64,000 nucleotides of DNA. Origin: Caulobacteraceae bacterium (GTDB lineage Bacteria > Pseudomonadota > Alphaproteobacteria > Caulobacterales > Caulobacteraceae). A program made the translations under genes and the position numbers. The notes beneath the pieces were generated by a model. The model made no database searches and had not been told where the DNA came from. It was given only the letters and a program-made list of their open reading frames with translations. Position 1 is the first letter of the stretch. The number at the start of each line of letters is the position of its first letter. Shown here piece after piece: positions 34,094-43,082 of this stretch. Location: positions 221,462 to 285,461 of the forward strand of contig DASYYX010000064.1 in NCBI GenBank assembly GCA_035946795.1, read 5' to 3'.

Positions 34094-35808
34094 GATCCCG
34101 TCAGATCTGCCGGCGCCATCCGGTCGTCGGGACCCGATTTCAATTTGGCCTCAACCTCCGCCTTCAGTTTCGGATTGGGCGATAGTGTCAGGACCTGACG
34201 CCATTGGTAGATCGCCTCGGTCTTCCGGCCGACTTTCCAGTAGGCGTCTCCCAGGTGGTCGTTGACCTCGGGATCGGCGGCGTCGAGGGCCGCGGCCATC
34301 TCCAGCTTTTCCACCGCCGCAGGATAGTTGCCGAGGTGGTAGTAGGCCCACCCAAGGGAATCCATCATCGCGCCGGATTGTGGATCCTGGTCGACGGCGC
34401 GTTGCACCATCGCCAGCCCCTCCTTGAGCTTTTCGCCCCTGTCGATCCACGAATAGCCGAGAAAATTGAGCAGCTCCGGCTCGTCGGGCGACAGCTTCAG
34501 CGCCGCCTGCAGGTCCTGCTCGGCCTCAGGCCAGCGATCCGCCGCCTGGTAGGCCGCGGCGCGCATGTACAGCAGCCGCCATTCGGCCTGGCCCGCCTTC
34601 TGCGCGATCAGCTTGTCCAAGATGGCGATCGAGTTGGCGTTGTCGCCGTCGACGCGTTCCAGATCAGCGAGGGTGAGCTGGGCGTCCTCGGCGTTGGTGG
34701 CCGCCGCCGCTTGCTGAGCGATCTTCAGCGCCTGCGCCTTGTCACCTGCGTTCTGATAGCTCCAAGCGAGCTTGGCGCGCGCGGTCGCATACTCGGTCGA
34801 CGACGGCTTGGGCTGCCCGTAAGCCACCCGCGCCGCGTCGGTGTCGCCGGCGGTGTTCAGGATGTCGCCAACCATGATCCAGGCGTCGTCCAGACCCGGA
34901 TCGAGCCGCAGCGACAGGCGCAGGCAGGCCAGCGCCGCTTCCTGCTGCCGGTGGACCAGCAAGGCTGCGGCCGGCGCCAGCATCGCCTTGGCCGACGCCT
35001 GCCGGATCGTCGGCATAGGCGGCGGGGCGCCCCGGCCCGCGGCGCGCGCGCGCGCGGTCTGCACCAACGAGTTAGGGCTACGACGCAGAGCCTCGTCATA
35101 AATGGCAATGGCCTCCGCCTGGCGGCCGCGGCGTTCGAGGAGGGCGCCCAATTCGAGGCTGGCCTCGCCGCCAGGATCACCACGCGCAATCAGGGCTCGA
35201 AACGCCGTCTCGGCTTCGGGGTAGCGGCCCGTCTCCTCGAAGAGCACGCCCTGGTCGATGTCGGCTTGAAACTGGTCGATCGGGTCGGCCGTGAACTGCG
35301 GCCGGGTCACCGCGCCGACCTTGTCACCAGCCTGGGCGGCGGCGAATGGCGCCAGCAGCGCCGCCGCCGGCTCGCCGTCCGTCCCGCCCTGGGGCACGGC
35401 AAGGATCTTCTCGGCCGCTCTGGCCCGACCCTCCGCCATTGCCTCGACCCCGCGGGTGAGGTCGGCCAGGGGCCGGACGCCTTCAGCGTCAGGTCCCGAG
35501 ACGGGCGCCATTTCCGCGGCCTGGCGAACCTGACCGGCAAGAAGCGCCGCGGTGAAGGCTTCGGCCCGGAGCAGGCTGCTCTTGCGATCGGCGCTGGCCG
35601 CTTCGTCGAAAAAGTGAGCCGCCTGGGCGCCGTGACCGCGATTGATTGCCGCCTGTCCGGCCAGGAACAGGCCATAGGAAGAGGCGTGGGCTTCGTCGGC
35701 CGTGGCGGCGCCCTGGGCGGGCGCGGTCGCTGAGGTTCCGACGCCGCTGGCGCAGGCGCACAGCAAAAGCGGCAGAGCAATGGCGGTGGCGCCGTAACGT
35801 GCTTTCAT
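34090..35808 (-). CDS. TPR-repeat lipoprotein
   Basis: Lipobox MKARYGATAIALPLLLCAC from ATG 35808, followed by multiple TPR-like repeats (for example AWSYQNAGDKAQALKIAQQA and LGWAYYHLGNYPAAVEKLE). Confidence 0.8.
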   Translation of the reverse strand: MKARYGATAIALPLLLCACASGVGTSATAPAQGAATADEAHASSYGLFLAGQAAINRGHGAQAAHFFDEAASADRKSSLLRAEAFTAALLAGQVRQAAEMAPVSGPDAEGVRPLADLTRGVEAMAEGRARAAEKILAVPQGGTDGEPAAALLAPFAAAQAGDKVGAVTRPQFTADPIDQFQADIDQGVLFEETGRYPEAETAFRALIARGDPGGEASLELGALLERRGRQAEAIAIYDEALRRSPNSLVQTARARAAGRGAPPPMPTIRQASAKAMLAPAAALLVHRQQEAALACLRLSLRLDPGLDDAWIMVGDILNTAGDTDAARVAYGQPKPSSTEYATARAKLAWSYQNAGDKAQALKIAQQAAAATNAEDAQLTLADLERVDGDNANSIAILDKLIAQKAGQAEWRLLYMRAAAYQAADRWPEAEQDLQAALKLSPDEPELLNFLGYSWIDRGEKLKEGLAMVQRAVDQDPQSGAMMDSLGWAYYHLGNYPAAVEKLEMAAALDAADPEVNDHLGDAYWKVGRKTEAIYQWRQVLTLSPNPKLKAEVEAKLKSGPDDRMAPADLTGS

Positions 35809-35860
35809 GATTGGCAAGATCGCTGGCAAAGTGGGCGCCGGCAAGGCCGCCGGCCGGGCG

Positions 35861-37534
35861 TCACATGTTGGGATAGTTCGGGCCGCCACCGCCTTCGGGC
35901 GTGACCCAGGTGATGTTCTGCGACGGGTCCTTGATATCGCATGTCTTGCAGTGGACGCAGTTCTGGGCGTTGATCTGAAAACGTGGATTCTTGCCCGCAT
36001 CGTCGTAAAGAACTTCGTACACCGCGGCCGGGCAGTAGAGGCGCGCCGGTTCGCCATACCTCGGCAGGTTGATGCTGATTGGAACCTCCGGGTCCGCCAG
36101 CCTCAGATGCGGCGGTTGATCCTCTTCGTGATTGGTCGATGACAGGAAGACGCTGGAGAGCTTGTCGAAGCTGAGGACGCCGTCGGGCTTGGGGTAGACG
36201 ATCGGCTCGAAGTCCTTGGCAAGGCCGGTGGCCTCCGCGTCGGTCTTGCCGTGCTTGAGCGTGCCGAAAACAGAAAAGCCGCCGGTCCAGTTGGCCACGA
36301 CGAGGTCGGCCATGACGATCGCGCCCCCGACCCAGGTTCCAAGCCGAGACCACAGCGGCTTGGCGTTGCGCACGATGTAGAGTTCCCGCCGTACCCAGGA
36401 GATTTGATAGGCGTCTTCGTACGCCTGCAGCGTGTCGCCGGCGCGCCCGGCGGCAAGGGCGGCGAAGGCCGCCTCCGCCGCCAGCATGCCAGTCTTCATG
36501 GCGTTGTGGCTGCCCTTGATCCGGGGAAGGTTCACGAAACCGGCGGCACAGCCGATGAGGACTCCGCCCGGGAACGCAAGCCTGGGCACGGATTGGTAGC
36601 CGCCTTCAGTGATCGCGCGGGCGCCGTAGGCGATGCGCTTGCCGCCCTCGAGATGAGCGCGGATGGCCGGATGGTGCTTGAGCCGCTGGAACTCGTCATA
36701 GGGCGAGATCCAGGGATTGGCGTAGTTGAGGTGGATGACCAGGCCGATCGCCACGTAGCGGTCGCCGAAGTGGTACATGAAGCTGCCACCGCCGGTTCGG
36801 CCGTCCAGCGGCCATCCGACGGTGTGCTGCACCAGTCCGGGCCGGAAGCGCTCCTCCGGCACCTGCCACAGCTCCTTGAGACCAATACCGAATTTCTGGG
36901 GTTCGCGGCCCTCGGTCAGGCCGAACCTTGTCTGGATCTGCTTGGCCAGCGATCCGCGCGCTCCTTCGGCGATGAAGACGTATTTGGCCCGCAACTCCAG
37001 GCCCGGCTGAAAGTCCGGTTTGGGCTGGCCGTCACGGCCGATCCCGAATACCCCGGCGACAACGCCCTTCAGGTTGCCATCGTCGCCGTAGAGCGCTTCC
37101 GAGGCTGCCATGCCGGGATAGACCTCGACGCCTAGCCCTTCGGCCTCGCCCGCCAGCCAGCGGCAGACGTTCCCGAGGGAGGCGATGTAAGCGCCCTTGT
37201 TGTGCATGAAGGCCGGCATAGCGAACATCGGCAGGCCGATTTGGCCTTTCTCGGTAAGCGCGAGAAAGCGATCATGGGTCGCCGGCGTCTCCAGTGGAGC
37301 GCCCTTCTGCTTCCAGTCCGGAATGAGTTCGTCGAGCGCTCGCGGATCGATCACCGCGCCGGAGAGGATGTGGGCGCCGACCTCGGAGCCCTTTTCGACC
37401 ACGGCGACGGAAACTTCCGCGCCGTTCTGGGCGGCCAGCTGCTTGAGGCGGATTGCCGCCGCCAACCCGGCCGGTCCGGCGCCGACGACAACGACGTCGT
37501 ATTCCATGGACTCGCGCTCGACGGCCTCGTTCAT
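35861..37534 (-). CDS. Electron transfer flavoprotein-ubiquinone oxidoreductase (ETF-QO)
   Basis: FAD motif YDVVVVGAGPAGLAAA. The C-terminal 4Fe-4S region is CPAAVYE...INAQNCVHCKTCDIKDP...W..PEGGGGPNY. Confidence 0.95.
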   Translation of the reverse strand: MNEAVERESMEYDVVVVGAGPAGLAAAIRLKQLAAQNGAEVSVAVVEKGSEVGAHILSGAVIDPRALDELIPDWKQKGAPLETPATHDRFLALTEKGQIGLPMFAMPAFMHNKGAYIASLGNVCRWLAGEAEGLGVEVYPGMAASEALYGDDGNLKGVVAGVFGIGRDGQPKPDFQPGLELRAKYVFIAEGARGSLAKQIQTRFGLTEGREPQKFGIGLKELWQVPEERFRPGLVQHTVGWPLDGRTGGGSFMYHFGDRYVAIGLVIHLNYANPWISPYDEFQRLKHHPAIRAHLEGGKRIAYGARAITEGGYQSVPRLAFPGGVLIGCAAGFVNLPRIKGSHNAMKTGMLAAEAAFAALAAGRAGDTLQAYEDAYQISWVRRELYIVRNAKPLWSRLGTWVGGAIVMADLVVANWTGGFSVFGTLKHGKTDAEATGLAKDFEPIVYPKPDGVLSFDKLSSVFLSSTNHEEDQPPHLRLADPEVPISINLPRYGEPARLYCPAAVYEVLYDDAGKNPRFQINAQNCVHCKTCDIKDPSQNITWVTPEGGGGPNYPNM

Positions 37535-37631
37535 CGCTGTGGCTCATCCTCCGCGCCTGCAGGGAAGACGTATCCTAATCGAAGCCGAGGCTCGGTGGGT
37601 CAAGTCATCGGGTGCGTGCTAAGTGGTTCGG

Positions 37632-38441
37632 ATGAACGAAGCGTCGGCGCGCCTGGAAAGTCTGCTCGCCTTCTGGCTCGACGCCGGCGCCGAGGTCGCC
37701 CTCGCCAGCACGCCTCAGGACCGCACGCGTCCCATCAGTGGCGCGCCTAGCCCGCACGCGTCTCAACCAAAGCTTCCGCGCCGAGGAACTCAGGAGGCCA
37801 GCCCAGGCGGGCCTGACCGCGATCAGGCGCTGGCGCAGGCGTGGCGGATCGCCAAAGGGGCCGCCGATCTCGACAGCCTGGCGGCGGCGATCGCCGCGTT
37901 CGAGGGATGCCCGCTGAAAGGCATGGGCGCACGTCAGGCGGTCTTCTATCGCGGCGCCGCCGACGCCCCGATCATGATCGTCGGCGAAGGGCCTGGCGCC
38001 GAAGAGGATCTCCAGGGCGCTCCCTTCGTCGGCCGCGCTGGCCGCCTGCTCGATCGGATGCTGGGAGCGGCAGGTCTCAACGGGCGCGTATTCATTACCA
38101 ACACGGTGTTCTGGCGCCCGCCGGGCAATCGCACCCCCTCTCCCGCCGAACAGGCGGTGTGCGCGCCCTTCCTCGAGCGCGCCATCGAATTGGTGAAGCC
38201 GCGCCTCCTGCTCCTCGCCGGGGCAGCCGCGACCCAGTCGGTCCTGCGGCAGAAGGGTGGCATCCTATCGCTGCGAGGGCGCTGGTCCGAGTGGGCGTCC
38301 GCCGACGACGCGACCCGTCTTCCGGCGTTGCCGACACTGCACCCGGCGTTTCTGCTGCGCACGCCTGCGGCCAAGAAGATGGCGTGGGCCGACATGCTGA
38401 GCCTGGCCGCTCGACTGGATGAGATCGAACAGGTCCGTTGA
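37632..38441 (+). CDS. Uracil-DNA glycosylase, family 4
   Basis: IMIVGEGPGAEEDLQGAPFVGRAGRLLDRML and the LHPAFLLR motif are present. There is an N-terminal extension. Confidence 0.85.
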   Translation: MNEASARLESLLAFWLDAGAEVALASTPQDRTRPISGAPSPHASQPKLPRRGTQEASPGGPDRDQALAQAWRIAKGAADLDSLAAAIAAFEGCPLKGMGARQAVFYRGAADAPIMIVGEGPGAEEDLQGAPFVGRAGRLLDRMLGAAGLNGRVFITNTVFWRPPGNRTPSPAEQAVCAPFLERAIELVKPRLLLLAGAAATQSVLRQKGGILSLRGRWSEWASADDATRLPALPTLHPAFLLRTPAAKKMAWADMLSLAARLDEIEQVR

Positions 38442-38472
38442 TGTTCTTGATTTGTTCGAATATGCTCTCGCC

Positions 38473-39552
38473 ATGGCGATATCCTCTGTGCTGCCGCGCG
38501 GCCGGGGGGCTGGTTCGAACCGCAGCGGCCGCTACGAAGCGCTGAGCCGCGAAGGCTTCGATGACGGTTGGACGGCCGACGACGAAACGCCGCCGTCGCT
38601 GCGCACCACCGCGACCGCAGAAAGGGCGCGGACGATCATCACCCGAAACCAGAGTCCGGACATCAGCTTCGACCGCTCGATCAATCCCTATCGAGGCTGC
38701 GAGCACGGCTGCATCTATTGCTATGCGAGACCAGCGCACGCCTACATAGGCCTGTCGCCCGGGCTGGATTTCGAGAGCCGCATCTTCTTCAAACCTGGCG
38801 CCGGAGCTCTCCTCGAACGTGAGCTCTCCAAGCCCGGCTACGACGTGCGTCCCATCCACATCGGCGGAAACACCGACCCCTATCAGCCGCTGGAACGCCG
38901 GATGCGGATCACCCGCCAGGTGCTCGAGGCTCTGCAACGCTTCCGCCATCCCCTCACGATCATCACCAAGTCACAGCTGATCGCCCGCGATCTCGACATC
39001 CTTGGACCCATGGGCTGCGCCAATTTGGCGCGGGCAGCGGTCTCGGTGACAACCCTGGATCGAGCCCTGGCGCGAGCCATGGAGCCGCGCGCCGCCACGC
39101 CCGCGCGCAGGCTGGACGCGATCGCCGCCCTTGCGGGCGCCGGTGTGCCGACCACCGTGATGTTCGCGCCCGTCATCCCGGGGCTCAACGACCATGAACT
39201 CGAAGAAATCCTGAAAGCCGCGGCAAAGGCCGGAGCGGTGGCGGCCGGCTATGTGGCCCTGAGACTCCCGCTGGAGATCAAGGACCTCTTCACCGAGTGG
39301 CTGAACGAGCGCCGGCCCGATCGGGCCGAACGCGTCATGAGCCTGGTGCGCCAAATGCGCGGCGGGCGGGAATATGACCGGAGCTGGAACGTGCGCATGA
39401 AGGGCGAAGGACCAATCGCCGCCATGATCGGGCGCCGCTTTGCGATCGCCAAGCGGCGCTTTGCACTCGATCGCCCCGTTCCCGACCTGGACTGCGGCCA
39501 GTTCGCGCCGCCGGGGTCCAGGGCTCAGCTGGATCTCTTCGTGTCCGCCTGA
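38473..39552 (+). CDS. Radical SAM protein (PA0069-like family)
   Basis: SINPYRGCEHGCIYCYARP contains the CxxxCxxC cluster motif in the characteristic context. Confidence 0.85.
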   Translation: MAISSVLPRGRGAGSNRSGRYEALSREGFDDGWTADDETPPSLRTTATAERARTIITRNQSPDISFDRSINPYRGCEHGCIYCYARPAHAYIGLSPGLDFESRIFFKPGAGALLERELSKPGYDVRPIHIGGNTDPYQPLERRMRITRQVLEALQRFRHPLTIITKSQLIARDLDILGPMGCANLARAAVSVTTLDRALARAMEPRAATPARRLDAIAALAGAGVPTTVMFAPVIPGLNDHELEEILKAAAKAGAVAAGYVALRLPLEIKDLFTEWLNERRPDRAERVMSLVRQMRGGREYDRSWNVRMKGEGPIAAMIGRRFAIAKRRFALDRPVPDLDCGQFAPPGSRAQLDLFVSA

Positions 39553-40604
39553 GCCGGGGGCGTCTTGCGCGCGAGCAAGGCCTTGGTGAGGAAAGCCTGA
39601 TCGCTGGCGTGAACCTCCAGCCCGGCGGCTCCGAAGAGTGCGCTCAGATCTTCGCGCAGGTAGCTGGGGAAATAGGGCTCGTGGAAATAGGCTGGAAAAG
39701 TCTCCAGCGGTCGCGCGAGCCGGGGCTCGTCCGCTGGTTGCAGGGCGTCGGCGAACGCTAGCAGCCCGCCGGGCTTCAACACGCGAGCGACCTCGGCAGC
39801 TACGGTGCGACGGACGTTGGGCGGAAGCTCGTGGAAGACATAGATGCAGGTCACTGCATCGAAGCATCCGTTCGCGAACGGCAGGCGCTCGGCATTCGCC
39901 TGGGCCAGGCCGGCGCCGCTCGCCCGGGCGGCCTGACGGACGTACGCTTCCGAAAGGTCGATCCCGGCCAGACGGGCGCGCGGAAAGGCTCGCTCCAGAT
40001 CGGCAAGAAAGCCGCCGGCGCCGCAGGCCAAGTCGAGGATGCGGACACCACGGTGATCGCGGTCGCGCCAAGCCCGCGCCAACAAGGCCAGGGCGCATCG
40101 GCGCATTGGTCCGGCGGCGCCCGCAAACAGGGTTTCGACCTGGGCCTCGTAGCGGCGGGCGCTGGCCGGCGTGAACCAGCCGCCGCTCTGGAAATGAAAG
40201 TTTTGGCGGTAGTAGGCGGGATAAGCTCGCCCTACGGGCGCATCCGCGCGCGCCTCGCGGGCGCCGCCGCGGCGTCGCCGCGCCCCGACCTCGGGAGCAT
40301 CGGCGGCGACGTCGAACCCGGCGCGGACCATGGCGGCGAGTTCCGACGCCGAGCGCGCCATCGGAGGATAGAGGCCGTCGCCGACAGCGCGGGCGTCCTT
40401 GGCGAAGGCGTCACGCCACGATTCGCGCAGGAACCTCGGTGGCGGTGGAGCGGCCTTGGACACCTGGGCCTGGGCCTGGGGCGCCGGCGCGGCGTGGCGC
40501 CCGGCGACCCGGCGAGCCAGCACCGCGGCGGCGCTCCACCAGGCGGCGTTGAACGCGCCGGCGACGTTCTGCAGCGCTCCGTCCAGGCGATGGGCCCGGC
40601 TCAT
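39525..40604 (-). CDS. Class I SAM-dependent methyltransferase
   Basis: Motif I (ILDLACGAGGF) and PFANGCFDAVTCIYVFHELP are present. ATG 40604 overlaps the upstream stop (ATGA). Confidence 0.75.
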   Translation of the reverse strand: MSRAHRLDGALQNVAGAFNAAWWSAAAVLARRVAGRHAAPAPQAQAQVSKAAPPPPRFLRESWRDAFAKDARAVGDGLYPPMARSASELAAMVRAGFDVAADAPEVGARRRRGGAREARADAPVGRAYPAYYRQNFHFQSGGWFTPASARRYEAQVETLFAGAAGPMRRCALALLARAWRDRDHRGVRILDLACGAGGFLADLERAFPRARLAGIDLSEAYVRQAARASGAGLAQANAERLPFANGCFDAVTCIYVFHELPPNVRRTVAAEVARVLKPGGLLAFADALQPADEPRLARPLETFPAYFHEPYFPSYLREDLSALFGAAGLEVHASDQAFLTKALLARKTPPAQADTKRSS

Positions 40605-41872
40605 GAGGATGCCGACCTGCGGTAGAATGCGGCCACGAGCTCGATATGGGCGGACCAGCGGAACTGGTCCACCGGCAGAGTTGGTCCAGCGCGCCAGCCC
40701 GCCTCGCCCAGGATAGCTGCGTCGCGGGCGAAGGTCGCCGGATTGCAGGAAACGGCAATGATGGTCGAGGCCGGCGAGCGGGCGAGCTGCGCCGCCTGGG
40801 CGGCGGCGCCGGCCCGGGGGGGATCGAAGATGACGGTGTCGCCCACCTTGATGTCGCGCGCGAGGATGGGCCGGCGGTCCAGGTCGCGCACTTCGGCCCT
40901 GACCGGCTTCAATCCAGGCCAAGACGAGGCGGCCGCGAGCGCCGCGACCGATGCGGCGGAAGAGTCAGCGGCCCAGACCGGGGCCAGGCGGGCAAGAGGC
41001 AGGCTGAAAGTGCCGACGCCGCAGTAGAGATCGACAATGCGCCGCGAGCCGGCCGCGCGCGCGACGATGAAATCGGTAATCGCGCGCTCGGCGGAAGAGC
41101 AGGCCTGGAGGAAGGCGCCCGGCGGCAAGACCACCGGAACGCCGGTCAAACGGACGGTCGGCGCTCGCGCCAGAAAGAGGACTTCGCCCGCCAGAGTAAG
41201 GCGCGCCAGATCGGCGGCGCGAGCCAGGGCGGCGGCGCGGACGCGGGCGTCGCCAGGAAGCCCGCCGCTGCGGCGCTCGATCCCGGTGACGTCCACATCC
41301 AGACCGCTGTCGGTCGCGGTCACGTGCAGGCTCGGCGCCGAGAGCGGGTGATCGAAGAGGGCCGCGGCCAGGGCGCGCAGAGCCGGCAGGGCGGCGACGA
41401 TGCGCTCGTCGGCGACCATGCACACGCCGACGTCGACCAGCCGCCACGACCGCGCCGCCTTGAAGCCGAGGCGGATGTCGCCGCCGTCTTGCCGGGCGTG
41501 CAGGGCTACCCGACGGCGTTCGTGCGCGGCGACGGTCATCGGCTCGAGGACCTCGCCGCCGACGCCGGCGCGCGCCAGCGCCTCTTCGATCCGGGCGCGC
41601 TTCCAGGCGCCGATGGCGTCGTCACGCCAATGCTGGAGGGCGCAGCCGCCGCAATCGCCAAAATGGGGGCAAACGGGCGCGACTCGCTCGGGGCTGGACT
41701 GAAGGATGCACTCGAGGGCGCCGCGGCGACCAGCCACCGTCGCCATGAGCCGCTCGCCCGGCAGCGCCAGCGGCACGTAGATTGGGCCGGTCGCGATCCC
41801 CTCCCCTTTCGCGCCCATGGCCTCGATGGTCAGCGCGAGCATGCGGCTCGCAGCGCCTTGGGTCATCGCCAT
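40601..41872 (-). CDS. RumA/TrmA-family RNA (uracil-5-)-methyltransferase
   Basis: Fe-S cluster cysteines (CPHFGDCGGCALQHW), the SAM motif DLYCGVGTFSLPLA, and the C-terminal FDPPRAG...SCNPATFARD. Confidence 0.85.
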   Translation of the reverse strand: MAMTQGAASRMLALTIEAMGAKGEGIATGPIYVPLALPGERLMATVAGRRGALECILQSSPERVAPVCPHFGDCGGCALQHWRDDAIGAWKRARIEEALARAGVGGEVLEPMTVAAHERRRVALHARQDGGDIRLGFKAARSWRLVDVGVCMVADERIVAALPALRALAAALFDHPLSAPSLHVTATDSGLDVDVTGIERRSGGLPGDARVRAAALARAADLARLTLAGEVLFLARAPTVRLTGVPVVLPPGAFLQACSSAERAITDFIVARAAGSRRIVDLYCGVGTFSLPLARLAPVWAADSSAASVAALAAASSWPGLKPVRAEVRDLDRRPILARDIKVGDTVIFDPPRAGAAAQAAQLARSPASTIIAVSCNPATFARDAAILGEAGWRAGPTLPVDQFRWSAHIELVAAFYRRSASS

Positions 41873-41875
41873 TCT

Positions 41876-41971
41876 AAAGCCACGCTAGACCACTATGGAT
41901 TCGCAACGCTGATGAACGGCTTGCTCAACATCCGTTCATCCTTGGCAAGTTAACTCTGGCGTGGCTTTTTT
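41876..41971 (+). other. Nested-hairpin element ending in a T-run (candidate sRNA, leader attenuator or terminator)
   Basis: Outer 10-bp stem AAAGCCACGC (41876-41885) / GCGTGGCTTT (41959-41968). Inner 9-bp stem GATGAACGG (41911-41919) / CCGTTCATC (41932-41940). This is followed by TTTTTT, then the SD GAGGAGG and ATG 41985. Confidence 0.4.
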
Positions 41972-41984
41972 GAGGAGGGGCTGC

Positions 41985-42671
41985 ATGCCCAGGACACGGT
42001 CACTGCTGGCGACGGCCGCCATCGCCTTGGTGGCAGCCGGCGCGGCGCACGCGCAACCGTACCAGGATTGCCAGAGTCAGAAGACCGGACACACGGTCAT
42101 CGGTGCGCTTCTGGGCGCCGTCGTCGGCGGCGTCATCGGCAGCAATCTCGGTGAGCGTGGCGACCGCGGTGACGGCACGGCCATCGGCGCCGGCGTGGGC
42201 GCGGTTGCCGGTGGGGTCGTGGGCAACGGCACGACAAACTGCGCCTATCCGCCCCCTCCGCCCGGCTACGGCCCCCCGCCGCCTCCGCCCGGCTACGGGC
42301 CGCCACCCCCGCCGGGCTATTACGACAATGCTCCGCCCCCTCCGCCGGACGCCTCGTATGACGATCCTCCCCCGGCGCCGGAATCCTATGACGCGCCACC
42401 CCCGCCGGAGGCCCAGCGCCAGGCTCAAGAGACCCCGGACGACGCCTCGGCCCCGCCGCCGCCCGAATACGACAACGGTGCGGCGCCACCGCCCGAGGAC
42501 AGCGCCCCACCTGCCAACAATGGCGATGAGGCGCAGGCGCCGCCACAATCCTCCGGGGACGAGGAGGCCGCCCCGCCGCCCTTCCCGCCGGCGTACAATC
42601 CCACCATGGACGAGCCGCCGAGCGGCGCTCCGCCCAGTTCGGATGACGACACGCCGCCCCCGAGCGCCTGA
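41985..42671 (+). CDS. Glycine-zipper (17-kDa-antigen-like) outer-membrane protein with a long proline-rich tail
   Basis: A signal peptide, the glycine zipper IGALLGAVVGGVIGSNLG...IGAGVGAVAGGVVG, then PPPPPGYG repeats and a P/D/A-rich tail. SD GAGGAGG lies 6 nt before ATG 41985. Confidence 0.75.
   Translation: MPRTRSLLATAAIALVAAGAAHAQPYQDCQSQKTGHTVIGALLGAVVGGVIGSNLGERGDRGDGTAIGAGVGAVAGGVVGNGTTNCAYPPPPPGYGPPPPPPGYGPPPPPGYYDNAPPPPPDASYDDPPPAPESYDAPPPPEAQRQAQETPDDASAPPPPEYDNGAAPPPEDSAPPANNGDEAQAPPQSSGDEEAAPPPFPPAYNPTMDEPPSGAPPSSDDDTPPPSA
42247..42322 (+). repeat. In-frame tandem repeat encoding (P)4-6-G-Y-G/Y x3
   Basis: CCGCCCGGCTACGG recurs three times within about 75 bp inside the CDS. Confidence 0.7.
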
Positions 42672-42700
42672 GCACCGCTAAGAGCAGCGGGAAGGTTCGC

Positions 42701-42943
42701 TCATCGCTCCTCGCCGGGGTCGCGTTCGACCACCAGCAGATCGTAGACGCGGGCCGCCGGGCCCTCGAGCGGGCGTCGGGCCTCGCCCATGATGTCGCTC
42801 TCGCCTTGCAGCCAGGCGAGCGCCGCCTCGAAGTCGGCAAGGCTCGCCCCGGTCTTCAGCACGGTGCTGACCACGCCGTCCGGAAGATCGCCGGCCAGGC
42901 GGCGCACGATGACGCCATCCAGTCTCTGGTCGTCTGTGGCCAT
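42701..42943 (-). CDS. Hypothetical small protein (80 aa)
   Basis: A clean ORF with coding-like composition. I recognise no family. Confidence 0.45.
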   Translation of the reverse strand: MATDDQRLDGVIVRRLAGDLPDGVVSTVLKTGASLADFEAALAWLQGESDIMGEARRPLEGPAARVYDLLVVERDPGEER

Positions 42944-43082
42944 TGCTCCGGGCCTCGGTCGTTCAGGAACCCGATTTCGACCCGGTCGGCGACAAGGTCA
43001 ACGTCGAAACCGGTGGTGCGCGGTCGTTGGACATCACCAACGCGAACCGACCGACCCCGCAGCGGATTGAGCAGGCGGCGGA

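Noticed and set aside
41961-41984. The GTG 41961 start proposed by the ORF track for the proline-rich protein.
   Set aside because: That GTG lies inside the outer hairpin stem and T-run. A strong SD (GAGGAGG) is correctly spaced for ATG 41985, and the signal peptide starts there.
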